Part shown: positions 45,671-54,554 of the stretch, in pieces
Position numbering within the stretch: position 1 is the first letter of the stretch
Layout: every line of letters begins with the position of its first letter
Virus record (IMG/VR): IMGVR_UViG_3300031753_000004
Span: 1-64,000 of that record
DNA from: a virus
Length of the DNA stretch: 64,000 bases
Reading direction: 5' to 3' (one strand)
Position numbers and translations under genes: made by a program
The notes under the pieces: generated by a model
Database searches by the model: none
Seen by the model: the letters and a program-made list of their open reading frames with translations, nothing else
What the model was told of the DNA's origin: nothing

Positions 45671-47650
45671 CTACTCCAGCTTAGGTTTCGCTCCCGGCTT
45701 AGGTGGCGGCTGACCAGGCTTTGGCATTCCCCCGCCTGGCGGCGCTATGATCGGCGGTGCCGGCGGAGGCTTAGGCGTTGCCGGATGCCCTAGCTCTCCA
45801 GGCGGAGGCATGGTCATGGTATCCTCGGCGTCCTTGGCCGCATCGGTGATGGCATCCGCCTCTTCCTCATCGTAACCTGCTTCTCTGGTCCACATGTCCT
45901 TAACGGGCAGTACAGATTCCGCATTTGTGGAGACGTAAGCGCCGATCGCCTGCATGCGCTGGAGGAATATACCAGCCCGGTCCTTGTCGCTCAAGCTATC
46001 GAGGTCGGGCCATTCGATCGAATACCCCTCGGGCTCCGGCAGCACGCCCATGCTGATGAGCCGGTCCACGAACGGCACAATGATGCGCGGCGTAATGTAC
46101 CCACGCTGCCGCTCGCGCAGGCGGTCGTTCCAGCTACTGTCGTCCTGGGACGATGCCAACTCCCCGCGTTCGCTTCCCTTAAACACCCGAATGGGTATGC
46201 CCAACTGAATGCAAATGGCCTCAATCTGAATGTTGATATGCGGTGTCGGGTCGGGGACCGTCGGGGCAATCGTCTTGGCCGACATGCCCGAGAGAACCAG
46301 AAACCGCTGGAGGCCGTTCTGGTAATTCTCGATCATGTCCTGGAGGTTTTGCTTGGGGATATTGACATCCCCGCCAAGCTCAGGGTGAGTCTCCAGGCTT
46401 ATGCCCGTGACGCAGGCTTTCCAGTATCCCTCAGCGGCACCACCACGGATCTTGCGTATGTCTAGTAGCGCGTTGAGCACTGGGCGCATTCGCGGAACGC
46501 CAAAGATCTCACTTGACCCGAGATTATCTGCGAGATGGATAACCCTCGACCAGTGAACGCGCACCGTAGCCAGAGGTAGTCCGATGCCACTGTGCTGCTC
46601 ACGAGGGTCATTGAGAGTAATGCGGTAAATAACCGGCATACCGAAGCGGGGATTGCGTGCATTGGCTTCATACTGCACCACCTGGACCAAGGATTCATCG
46701 AATGCACGCAGGTAGATGAGTTTCCGCTCTTGACCGGCCGGCTTCTCGCTTGGATACTCCGAAGGCCCGAACTGGACTCCGGTGTACTGCGCGTCGGTCC
46801 CCTGCATGCCAAGCTGATCGGAGAAGTCGCTGCCGAGGTCTGCGGCCGAGGTCTTGAAGAGGTTGACCGTCGGCTCCACGTCGGCAACCGCCGTGCCCTG
46901 GTCGTCGTCTTCCTTGGGCTTCCGGCGTCTTGGCCGGTTGGGATTGGTGAGTCCGTTTACGGCGAGCCACGCCTCGTCCGGGTTCATGTCAACGAACAGC
47001 TCGCCCTTGCGATTGGTGGTTATCTCCGGGCTGGGGATGGAGCGGCAGAGGTGCTTGATGTGAGAGTCTACGTTGGCGTTGCCCGTAAGTCTCGGAGATA
47101 GAGCAGAAACACCGTCTGCCGGTTGATCGAAGGCAAGACCATCGTCGATACCGATAAGTAGAACACCATAATGCCCAAGTCCAGAAAGAATGTCAGCCCG
47201 TCGAAGATGCTCCCAGACCGGCGAGCCCTCTTCATCCTGATACCACGACTGCGCCCCTCGGAGTGTCTTGCTGAGTCCATCCCACCCCTCCTCGAATGGA
47301 GTTATCTTTTCTGGATCTTCATCCTCATACACCAGCGGCGTAACCTGCCAACTCTCTTTGGGCAGGCATTGCACCACGCGGCAGGCGATTGGCTCGCGGT
47401 CGTATAGTCTGCGGTAGTAGTCCGGGTCGATGAGCGTGGTGCCTATCCCCGTCTCCATATCGGGGTAGCCGCACTCATCGTCTATGTTCCGGCGCGGATC
47501 GAAGAAGCGGCGGAACACCTCCCGGTTGAGGAGCGTGATTTGCTCGGATTGGTTGGCGACGATATTGGCCGTGAGCGGGTCCATGAGGCCCGCGTATAGG
47601 CCGTGTCCGTTGTGGCCGTTGGTGGATAGTCTAGTTCGGCTTACCATCAC
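45671..47650 (-). CDS. portal protein (DUF1073 family)
   Basis: LYDREPIACRVV, GLGHYGVLLIG, NPRFGMP, RVHWSRVIH, GIPIRVFKGSERGELASSQD, IEWPDL. Confidence 0.92.
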   Translation of the reverse strand: MMVSRTRLSTNGHNGHGLYAGLMDPLTANIVANQSEQITLLNREVFRRFFDPRRNIDDECGYPDMETGIGTTLIDPDYYRRLYDREPIACRVVQCLPKESWQVTPLVYEDEDPEKITPFEEGWDGLSKTLRGAQSWYQDEEGSPVWEHLRRADILSGLGHYGVLLIGIDDGLAFDQPADGVSALSPRLTGNANVDSHIKHLCRSIPSPEITTNRKGELFVDMNPDEAWLAVNGLTNPNRPRRRKPKEDDDQGTAVADVEPTVNLFKTSAADLGSDFSDQLGMQGTDAQYTGVQFGPSEYPSEKPAGQERKLIYLRAFDESLVQVVQYEANARNPRFGMPVIYRITLNDPREQHSGIGLPLATVRVHWSRVIHLADNLGSSEIFGVPRMRPVLNALLDIRKIRGGAAEGYWKACVTGISLETHPELGGDVNIPKQNLQDMIENYQNGLQRFLVLSGMSAKTIAPTVPDPTPHINIQIEAICIQLGIPIRVFKGSERGELASSQDDSSWNDRLRERQRGYITPRIIVPFVDRLISMGVLPEPEGYSIEWPDLDSLSDKDRAGIFLQRMQAIGAYVSTNAESVLPVKDMWTREAGYDEEEADAITDAAKDAEDTMTMPPPGELGHPATPKPPPAPPIIAPPGGGMPKPGQPPPKPGAKPKLE

Positions 47651-47677
47651 CTCTTTCGCTTCCTAGATCCCCTCTTG

Positions 47678-47941
47678 CTACTTTTTCTCCACCCACCGTT
47701 CCAGCTCGCATGTGATCCGCATTATCTCAACCGCTATGGACTCTGGGCACTCTTCCCTCGAAATTCTCTCGATAAGCACTTGTAGGCAAGCAGCAGCGCC
47801 AGTATAGAAAGGCCCCTCCGATACCTTACGAATCAGCGGTCTGATCAAGAAGTTAAACCGGCCGACTGTCTGATCTAACTTCTCTGTCAGCGCCGTATTA
47901 TGCGGATCGTTCTTCATGCGCTCCAGTACATCCACTGCCAT
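47678..47941 (-). CDS. hypothetical protein
   Basis: GGAG RBS before MAVDV. Confidence 0.55.
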   Translation of the reverse strand: MAVDVLERMKNDPHNTALTEKLDQTVGRFNFLIRPLIRKVSEGPFYTGAAACLQVLIERISREECPESIAVEIMRITCELERWVEKK

Positions 47942-48413
47942 CGCCAATCTCCTTAATCTTCGCCTCGCACTCCGCCACATCGTCGTCCAGGAACTTCAGC
48001 CTCTCCCGTAGTGCCGTTGGGTCAACATCCGCAGGCACGGACGGCCCGAACGGTTGCCCATTGTCGTCCACCGGCTGCACCCTATGCTGAAGCGGCGCGC
48101 CACGGCCGTACTGGTTCTCATCGATCCACTTCACCATATTCAATATCCGCTCCGCCTCGGCTCTCACCGTGATTTTCCGCAGCCGCCAGTACCACGTAGT
48201 GATGCGCCTCAACTCCGCCTCGTCGGTCGGTGGCGGCCACTCAGGGCCTTCATACCTACGGTCGCTGTAGGTCCAGCCATCGGGGAACAAGAGCCGGCCC
48301 TCGAATGGAACCGGGTCGCCGTGCTCCTCGCAGAACTTGAGGAAGTAAGCGCGCCAGTCCAGGTTGATGGTCAGGATGGGCAACACTGGTTTGTCGGGAC
48401 GGATATCAGGCAT
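47898..48413 (-). CDS. hypothetical protein
   Basis: 171-aa ORF from MPDIRP. Confidence 0.65.
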   Translation of the reverse strand: MPDIRPDKPVLPILTINLDWRAYFLKFCEEHGDPVPFEGRLLFPDGWTYSDRRYEGPEWPPPTDEAELRRITTWYWRLRKITVRAEAERILNMVKWIDENQYGRGAPLQHRVQPVDDNGQPFGPSVPADVDPTALRERLKFLDDDVAECEAKIKEIGDGSGCTGAHEERSA

Positions 48414-48627
48414 CTTCTTTCGGCTGTATCTCGAACTGGTGCGAAACTTCATACACCGTCTTGCGCAACCTCAGCACTTCCAAAATTCTTACCCCCCACC
48501 GCTTGGGCAGTATCCAGCTACGCACATACTTAACCCGACCCGGCTCAATAGGCTTGTTGATATAGTCCAAGACGCGCTTGTCCTCAATCTCATTGAGCCT
48601 CTTAACAAATCGTTCTTCTAGACTCAT
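48406..48627 (-). CDS. hypothetical protein
   Basis: Coupled ORF. Confidence 0.55.
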   Translation of the reverse strand: MSLEERFVKRLNEIEDKRVLDYINKPIEPGRVKYVRSWILPKRWGVRILEVLRLRKTVYEVSHQFEIQPKEDA

Positions 48628-49040
48628 TTCTTGGAACTCCGGTGTTTCCGCCTCCCAAAGTACATGGCCAGAACATTTGCGGGGCCGACAATATCTCCAG
48701 AGGTCATGTGCTGGATGGTCGGCGTACTGTCATAGTTATCCGCATTAAAGGTGACTATGCCATCAGCTATTGCCGTCTCAATGATGTTACGAACCATCTG
48801 CTCTATCGACACGTCGCCGGCCTCTAGCTCTTTCGCGTAGCGTGCCTGCCTTTCTTGGTACTCAGCGTATTCTCGCACCTCACGCGCCTCATCGGACTCC
48901 ATCATAGATCCCCTTTCGCATTTCCAATTGCTCGTATAGTCCTCCGCCTCCAGCATCGGGTCGCACAACCGTCCGTGGTGGTCGATCATGTTTCTCTCAC
49001 TGGCCACATCCCTCGTCTTGGACGCTGTGAAAGTTGCCAT
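48624..49040 (-). CDS. hypothetical protein
   Basis: Coupled ORF. Confidence 0.6.
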   Translation of the reverse strand: MATFTASKTRDVASERNMIDHHGRLCDPMLEAEDYTSNWKCERGSMMESDEAREVREYAEYQERQARYAKELEAGDVSIEQMVRNIIETAIADGIVTFNADNYDSTPTIQHMTSGDIVGPANVLAMYFGRRKHRSSKK

Positions 49041-49191
49041 CGCTTTCCTTCTTGTAGCGCCCTTTCATCCACATGCCATCGATCACCTTTTCGATAATCC
49101 AGACATCCCCCTCGTTCAAGGTTCTGACGGTATCCTCACCGACTTCTGCCCCATCCAAGGGACCACCAACGTATTCAGCCATAACCGTCTC

Positions 49192-50127
49192 TCACAGAAG
49201 CGGCGGGCGGTCACGCCAGGATTCTGGCTTATGATCTGCCGCGTCCGGCGTGAACGTAGGCAGGTCAACTACGAAGCTACTTCCGCAGTTCGGCACTGGC
49301 TCCAGCAGGTTGTAGTGGTACAGCCCACCACCGATATCCACCATCTCGCACCTGCACAGAACCCTGGTCTTGTCTTCCCGCTCAACCCAGATGTTTCCTT
49401 TGACTTTCTTAGGCTGATCTGGACGATCAAGACTAGGAAAACCAGTGGGCCAATCACAACAGACAACCGCTTCGCCTGGATCGGTCATCTCCTGCTCTGC
49501 TAGTGGCACCCGCTTAACGACTGAGCCTACAATGCCCGACGGCCAGGACCTCTTGGACAGACAGGCACCACAGGTAACATGGCTAGGTATCGTGGTGGTT
49601 GCCTGGTTCGCTAAATCGGCCCCACACAGCGCTATGAAAGGTCGCTCGGCGTAGTGGACTAGCTCATCAGGTTCTGACTCGTCGCACACCTCCATCTTGC
49701 CGATGACAGACTCCCAAGCTTCATCGAATGATGGCGGAAGATCGGGGAGCCCCACGCTGATGAACGGTCCTGCGATAATCGCTTCGCCTGGATCGGTCAT
49801 CTCTTGGCGCTCCAGAAGCCTCTTAGCTCCCGCGTCTATATCAAAGCAATGGAACTTAACCATCGCTAGAGAGAACGTCTTGTCGGTTGACAGCATCACC
49901 ACAGCGAACGTCCCGGTTGCTTCCTCTCTAGTCAACTCAAGCCTGAAGAAACCATTCTGGTCTCCTACTGGCTTGTTGCGAGCTGGAGCCCACCGATCTT
50001 TGCCGCGAATGATCCAGGCCAGCGCCTCTCCCAAATACGGCTCCCTCTTCCAGCCTGTTTCTGGACTAATCTTGAAAAACTCACAGTACACCGATTGCCC
50101 GACTGCACCTTGCTTAAGATGGATCAT
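49192..50127 (-). CDS. mosaic protein with a virion-like N-terminal domain and two QEMTDPGEA repeats
   Basis: GGAG RBS; internal 24-bp perfect repeat. Confidence 0.7.
   Translation of the reverse strand: MIHLKQGAVGQSVYCEFFKISPETGWKREPYLGEALAWIIRGKDRWAPARNKPVGDQNGFFRLELTREEATGTFAVVMLSTDKTFSLAMVKFHCFDIDAGAKRLLERQEMTDPGEAIIAGPFISVGLPDLPPSFDEAWESVIGKMEVCDESEPDELVHYAERPFIALCGADLANQATTTIPSHVTCGACLSKRSWPSGIVGSVVKRVPLAEQEMTDPGEAVVCCDWPTGFPSLDRPDQPKKVKGNIWVEREDKTRVLCRCEMVDIGGGLYHYNLLEPVPNCGSSFVVDLPTFTPDAADHKPESWRDRPPLL
49468..49803 (+). repeat. 24-bp perfect direct repeat CGCTTCGCCTGGATCGGTCATCTC (49468-49491, 49780-49803)
   Basis: Read directly from sequence. Confidence 0.9.
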
Positions 50128-50131
50128 CTCC

Positions 50132-50398
50132 CTACCTCCTGCTCACCTCGAACGGACACAGATTCCTCTCCACTTCGTCAATCTTCTCATACGTCTCAGC
50201 GCGCCAGGCATCGACCGTAGGATAATCCGGTGGATAGTCGTGGGTGATCGCCCCGCACAGGACGCATTTGAACGTCCGATGCACTTCGTTGGGCTTCCGA
50301 TACCAGATGTGGTCCTTGCGGTCGGGGCGCTTTGTTCTGGGAGTCTGGTAGCCCATGTTGCCTCCGGCGATGAGGACGATTTGAGCGTTGTCGGGCAT
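50132..50398 (-). CDS. small hypothetical protein (CxxC)
   Basis: HIW...FKCVLCG. Confidence 0.55.
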   Translation of the reverse strand: MPDNAQIVLIAGGNMGYQTPRTKRPDRKDHIWYRKPNEVHRTFKCVLCGAITHDYPPDYPTVDAWRAETYEKIDEVERNLCPFEVSRR

Positions 50399-50409
50399 GG
50401 TTAGATCCC

Positions 50410-50610
50410 CTACCTGATAGGCACAGTTTCTCCAGCAACTATGTGAAAGCACTCGTCCCAATAGCCGCTAGAGTCTATGTCCATGCTGTTGCGTTTAGCC
50501 AGATCCTTGACGCCCGCTCGCGCCTCCTCCAGGGTATCGAACTGCTCAAAGCCGTTTGAATGATCGCCATCGCTGCATGAACCAAAGTCATGGTAGAGGA
50601 AATACTTCAT
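50410..50610 (-). CDS. small hypothetical protein
   Basis: ATGA coupling to terL stop. Confidence 0.6.
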   Translation of the reverse strand: MKYFLYHDFGSCSDGDHSNGFEQFDTLEEARAGVKDLAKRNSMDIDSSGYWDECFHIVAGETVPIR

Positions 50611-52190
50611 ATGGCCGCTCCAGCATAAGACACGATGGGCTTGTGGTTCATGGCGAAGCAAGCCAAAACCAAACTGTCAGCTTCGTCAGGCGATGCGCCA
50701 ATCAACTCCACCAGCGTCTTCTGCTTCGTCTCCTCCTGACCTGGCTTCCTGTGCTTCGGAGGCAGCATGATCCGCCCATTCTCGTCGTACTGCTTCAGGA
50801 TCTTCGATAGCTGATGCCGGAGCCGCTTGTAGACTTCCCCTCGATGCGGCCCGGGGATCGCAAAGCCGTGGCCATGCGTCGGGTCCAAGAGAAGCGATAG
50901 TTCATGAAACATCTGCGCCCTGCGGTTCACGTAGGCGTAGCGCTCCTCACGCACCTCACGCTTTTCCGGAAACAGCGTCTTGGCTCGTTTCACTTCCACG
51001 CTGATGGCTTCCCCGAAGGCCACCGTACGGACATTGTAGCCATGAAGCCGCATAGTGTCGGCGTGCTGCTTGCCGCCGCCCCCGCGATCTATCGCCACGT
51101 CCTCCGGCTTCACTCGGTGGCTCTGGATGAACGCTTTGAGAAACTTGACGACATCGGTAGTATCCGGAGTCAGATGGCTCTCCAGTTCGATTATGCCCCG
51201 ACCGTCTACGGCGCATTGCGATGAGTTGGCGCCACCCTCGCCGGGATCGACGCCTATGGCTTTGGCCACGCGCTTGGTGCGGTCCCGCAGTAGTTGCTCG
51301 TATAACTCATGCGCGCGGTCTAGCCACGCCGGGGGGAACAGATACAACTCCGGCCCCGTGTAGAACTGGGCATTGAGCGAGACGCACTTTTGCTTTTCGT
51401 CGTAGAGGACTAGGTCGCGTTGCAACGTGTGCCATGTTTTTATTCCTGGGATGATAACTTCCCCGGTGGGCTCCAGGCCGGCGGCTATCTGCGCGCGGGC
51501 GTACTTGACGTTTGGGGAGTCCTCGGCGGTGACGCGCAGCATCTTGCGAAAGTACTTGCCGCCTCGCTCGTCCTTGACATCACCGCCATCTATCCCTCGC
51601 CGGAAAAACGATTCGCACTGCCACGCATTGCCGAAGATAAGCAGCCTCTTGGCCCAAGGCACCACGATGGGATAATATCGATCCGGGATACTCGACGCCT
51701 CGTCCGCTACCCACAGCGTTCGTGGCACTCCATCGTTAGCCTCCTCTAGCGTGGGTGGCGCCGCGTGGTGGCCTCCCATCGAGGCTACCGTATCTTCAGA
51801 GGCCACCAGGCCGATGATGTAACTGGTCGAGCAGAGCTTGCCCTTGTAAACCTTGCGGATGTCTTGGTGATTCAACACCAACATGCCGCCTTGATCGACG
51901 GCCAGAGGGATTGTGCTTATCCGGATGAATTTGCTGATCTCTCCCCAGAGAACGCGCAGGTGAGCCTCTTTCGCCGACGTGGTCACTATGCGGCATGGCC
52001 AGCGCGTCAGGAAATACCAGAGAACAATAAACCCCGCCACGAAGTCCTTCCCCGCTTCGTTGGACGCGACCACATACGTCTCTACGTTGTCCTCGACCGA
52101 GTAGACGATGTCTTCCTGGTACGGCGCGAAGACTACGTCTGGCCAGAGGTAGTTCTTCAGCTCCAGGGGATCGTCGGGGAGGCTAAGCAT
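50607..52190 (-). CDS. terL: terminase large subunit
   Basis: Q motif APYQ, Walker A variant SNEAGKDF, Walker B LWVADEAS, IFGN, nuclease IGVDPGEGG, IDRGGGG, SPDEADSL. Confidence 0.92.
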   Translation of the reverse strand: MLSLPDDPLELKNYLWPDVVFAPYQEDIVYSVEDNVETYVVASNEAGKDFVAGFIVLWYFLTRWPCRIVTTSAKEAHLRVLWGEISKFIRISTIPLAVDQGGMLVLNHQDIRKVYKGKLCSTSYIIGLVASEDTVASMGGHHAAPPTLEEANDGVPRTLWVADEASSIPDRYYPIVVPWAKRLLIFGNAWQCESFFRRGIDGGDVKDERGGKYFRKMLRVTAEDSPNVKYARAQIAAGLEPTGEVIIPGIKTWHTLQRDLVLYDEKQKCVSLNAQFYTGPELYLFPPAWLDRAHELYEQLLRDRTKRVAKAIGVDPGEGGANSSQCAVDGRGIIELESHLTPDTTDVVKFLKAFIQSHRVKPEDVAIDRGGGGKQHADTMRLHGYNVRTVAFGEAISVEVKRAKTLFPEKREVREERYAYVNRRAQMFHELSLLLDPTHGHGFAIPGPHRGEVYKRLRHQLSKILKQYDENGRIMLPPKHRKPGQEETKQKTLVELIGASPDEADSLVLACFAMNHKPIVSYAGAAI

Positions 52191-52446
52191 GTGTCGGAAC
52201 TACAACGAATATGTCAACGTCCCCGATCTTCATCTTGTCATTGACCGAAGCAACCTTTGTCATCTGGTCGTATTTAACAACCCTTCTGACTTGCTGCTTT
52301 CCGTCGATGGTGCAAATAAACCTCACGCCCACGTAGAAGTCATCTAGACTGGCCCTTGGCTGGTGCGTCAACCCCGCATACGACGCCAGCGGAGCCGCAC
52401 AGAGCAGCGCTAGGGGCCGTCGGAGGAAGTTTCGTCTGTTGAGCAT
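52183..52446 (-). CDS. Tat-signal protein carrying a virion-like domain
   Basis: MLNRRNFL twin-arginine motif; AAGGAG RBS. Confidence 0.7.
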   Translation of the reverse strand: MLNRRNFLRRPLALLCAAPLASYAGLTHQPRASLDDFYVGVRFICTIDGKQQVRRVVKYDQMTKVASVNDKMKIGDVDIFVVVPTHA

Positions 52447-52568
52447 TCTTCGTGCTCCTTCTCCAGGTATGCTTCATAATTCTCTTGGCATTCGTGGCAG
52501 TCCAACCAGTCATGCTCCCAATTGCCCCACCTTGAGCAAGCCCAACTCGGTACTTGGTTGTCAGGCAT

Positions 52569-52880
52569 TCACGCTCCTTGTTTCACTTGCGGCAGCAGGC
52601 TCTCAAGCTGGGAGATATTGACCAGCAGATCCGGAATCAACTCTTTGGCGATGCCCAGCTTCTCCACAGTACTCGGCATGAGATAGCTGATCGCGCGACC
52701 ACCACTCTTCAAGGCCCAACCACGCTTGCGGCCGGCGTCAGTGATGATCTGCTTCACGTCTCTCGCTATCTGCACAGTCTGTTGAAACAGCCTCTCCACC
52801 TGCTCCTCAATCGTCGGCTGAGGCTCGGCCGGCTTCGGCTCCTCAACCACCGTCGCCGCCGACTTCTCTTGCTCATTCAT
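52569..52880 (-). CDS. hypothetical protein
   Basis: GGAG RBS, 103 aa. Confidence 0.65.
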   Translation of the reverse strand: MNEQEKSAATVVEEPKPAEPQPTIEEQVERLFQQTVQIARDVKQIITDAGRKRGWALKSGGRAISYLMPSTVEKLGIAKELIPDLLVNISQLESLLPQVKQGA

Positions 52881-52902
52881 CGTGTTCTCCCGTCGTTATA
52901 AA

Positions 52903-52949
52903 CCGAGCGGGTACTCCGCAAGCTCTCGGCCCTGCATTTCCCCGCTCGG
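52903..52949 (-). other. stem-loop with internal loop, directly 3' of the tRNA-like RNA
   Basis: CCGAGCGGG/CCCGCTCGG 9-bp stem, inner TGCAGG/CTTGCG. Confidence 0.55.
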
Positions 52950-52961
52950 GACACCAAGAAA

Positions 52962-53084
52962 AAGCGGCTGGCCGGGCTTGAGTACCGGCTCCTTACGTAT
53001 TCATCCTACGTGGTGGTAACTCCCACACTATTCTCGGGGAGGTAAGGTCAACCAGTAGCGTGTCCTTCCACGCCGCAGCCGCTT
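52962..53084 (-). ncRNA. tRNA-like ncRNA with the anticodon arm replaced by a branched domain
   Basis: Acceptor (AA)GCGGCTG/CAGCCGC(TT), D-like arm GCGTG-GAAGGA-CACGC, T-like arm GCCGG-TACTCAAGC-CCGGC, central CCTTAC/GTAAGG helix with CTCCC/GGGAG hairpin. Confidence 0.7.
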
Positions 53085-53087
53085 ATT

Positions 53088-53357
53088 TCATTCCCCCACC
53101 ACCAGCAGATTCACCGTATCCGTCACCAGCCCCGCCGAGGTTATGGTTATCACCGTCCCAACGAAAGTAGCTACCACCGCCGTCCTCTGATCGCAGCCGA
53201 TGAACGCCACCGCTTGCAGTTTGTGAAACGCGAACGGCCCTACCACGCTCACGTCTATGCTGTCTCCGCTGTTGACACCGACCAGGCGTAGGAGCATGGT
53301 CCTCTGCGCCCCGGCACCGTCCAGGTACAGGCTGCTAGCTGTGGTTATCGCTGCCAC
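53088..53357 (-). CDS. small beta-rich hypothetical protein
   Basis: AGGAG RBS, GTG start. Confidence 0.65.
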   Translation of the reverse strand: MAAITTASSLYLDGAGAQRTMLLRLVGVNSGDSIDVSVVGPFAFHKLQAVAFIGCDQRTAVVATFVGTVITITSAGLVTDTVNLLVVGE

Positions 53358-53358
53358 G

Positions 53359-53718
53359 TCATCTCCTGACCATCTCTAGGTCTTTTAGTGGTGGGTAGTT
53401 CTCCGGGTGCTCCTCGTCGTAGTCTTCAGGCTCTGGGTCGCGAACCTCTTCAGGTACTTTCAGTAATTCCTCAAGCGACCACTTGCAGACCGCAAGCTGC
53501 GCCTCGCTGAATCTGCCCCCGTAATCCAGAGCCCAGCTCTCTTCATCAAGGCACGCGCGTACGCATTCGTCTTCCCAGTTCTCATCTTCCCAGACAGCGT
53601 GGCTAGGGCCGTAGTGCAGTACGCTTTCGTCACCGCCTAGCTTTTCGACAGCAGCGTCGTAGATGTCCGCAACCGGCTTCGACCAACCCCAGTGACAGTA
53701 CCAGCAGATCCCCATCAC
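53359..53718 (-). CDS. acidic hypothetical protein
   Basis: MGICWYCHWGW...LHYGPSHAVWEDEN. Confidence 0.7.
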   Translation of the reverse strand: MMGICWYCHWGWSKPVADIYDAAVEKLGGDESVLHYGPSHAVWEDENWEDECVRACLDEESWALDYGGRFSEAQLAVCKWSLEELLKVPEEVRDPEPEDYDEEHPENYPPLKDLEMVRR

Positions 53719-54284
53719 ATCTCCGCATTCTCTTCTGGCTTCGGCAACTGCTTCCCCACCGACTCTATCTTAGCGTCTATCGGGTGCGGCTCGCCACGCT
53801 TACGACCCTTCCGCGCGGCTAGCTCGTCGAAGAGCTTCAGGAGGTCGGCGTTCATGTTCAGATTCTTCACCGGAGCATTCAAGCCCAAGATCTCGCAGCG
53901 CTTGTCGATGCACCACTGGACGCCAGCAAGGAATGCAGGGTTGCCGTCGCGCTGCTCGCGCTTCAGGCTGACCCGAGTATGCTTGTCGGTCTTGCCGCTC
54001 TCCGTCGTTTCCTTCGGCTGCTTGCTCTCAACCCAGGCCTCCCAGTACGTGCGCTCAAGGGCATCGACCTTGGCCAGTTCGCGGGCTTTGTGTTCATCGA
54101 TTTTACAGACAGTCGAGGCAACCCACTGCTTACGAGCCCACGCAAGATCCCGGCTAACTTGGGACTGGTCAACCTCGAAGGCGCGAGCGATTTCCCATTG
54201 TGTCTGACCACGCAGGTATCTCTCCGCCACATTCTTGCGGCGCTCAAGAACCACCATTCTCTCTTGTGGCGTAGGGGGCGGCAT
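53715..54284 (-). CDS. terS: terminase small subunit (HTH-containing)
   Basis: HTH YLRGQTQWEIARAFEVDQSQVSRDL; C-terminal GNPAFL...IDKRCEILGLNAP; position upstream of terL. Confidence 0.7.
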   Translation of the reverse strand: MPPPTPQERMVVLERRKNVAERYLRGQTQWEIARAFEVDQSQVSRDLAWARKQWVASTVCKIDEHKARELAKVDALERTYWEAWVESKQPKETTESGKTDKHTRVSLKREQRDGNPAFLAGVQWCIDKRCEILGLNAPVKNLNMNADLLKLFDELAARKGRKRGEPHPIDAKIESVGKQLPKPEENAEM

Positions 54285-54359
54285 TATGCACCACAAAATA
54301 TGCAGTGGCTCACTTGGCAAGCCTCGGCTCTAGGTGTTTCCACCTGTTACAATACCCTC

Positions 54360-54521
54360 ATGCCTATTTGCCAGCCGGTTCCCCTGGAAGTCTTCTTTGA
54401 AACGCCAGTCGCGTGCGTCAACTGCGCCTGGTGCGGGCTCATCAAGGATGCCGAGTTCCGGCTCGAGCAAGAGGTCCGCTGCCCCAAGTGCGGCAACCCA
54501 GTGGAGCCAATGGCCGGCTGA
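54360..54521 (+). CDS. small counter-oriented zinc-ribbon protein
   Basis: CVNCAWCG...CPKCG; extended -10-like TGTTACAAT just upstream of ATG. Confidence 0.55.
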   Translation: MPICQPVPLEVFFETPVACVNCAWCGLIKDAEFRLEQEVRCPKCGNPVEPMAG

Positions 54522-54554
54522 GGCTACTATGGCGCATCATACCCCATCTACCTC

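Noticed and set aside
52962-53084. tRNA-Sec or an intron-containing tRNA
   Set aside because: No UCA anticodon loop or recognisable anticodon arm, and no group I intron or BHB features seen.
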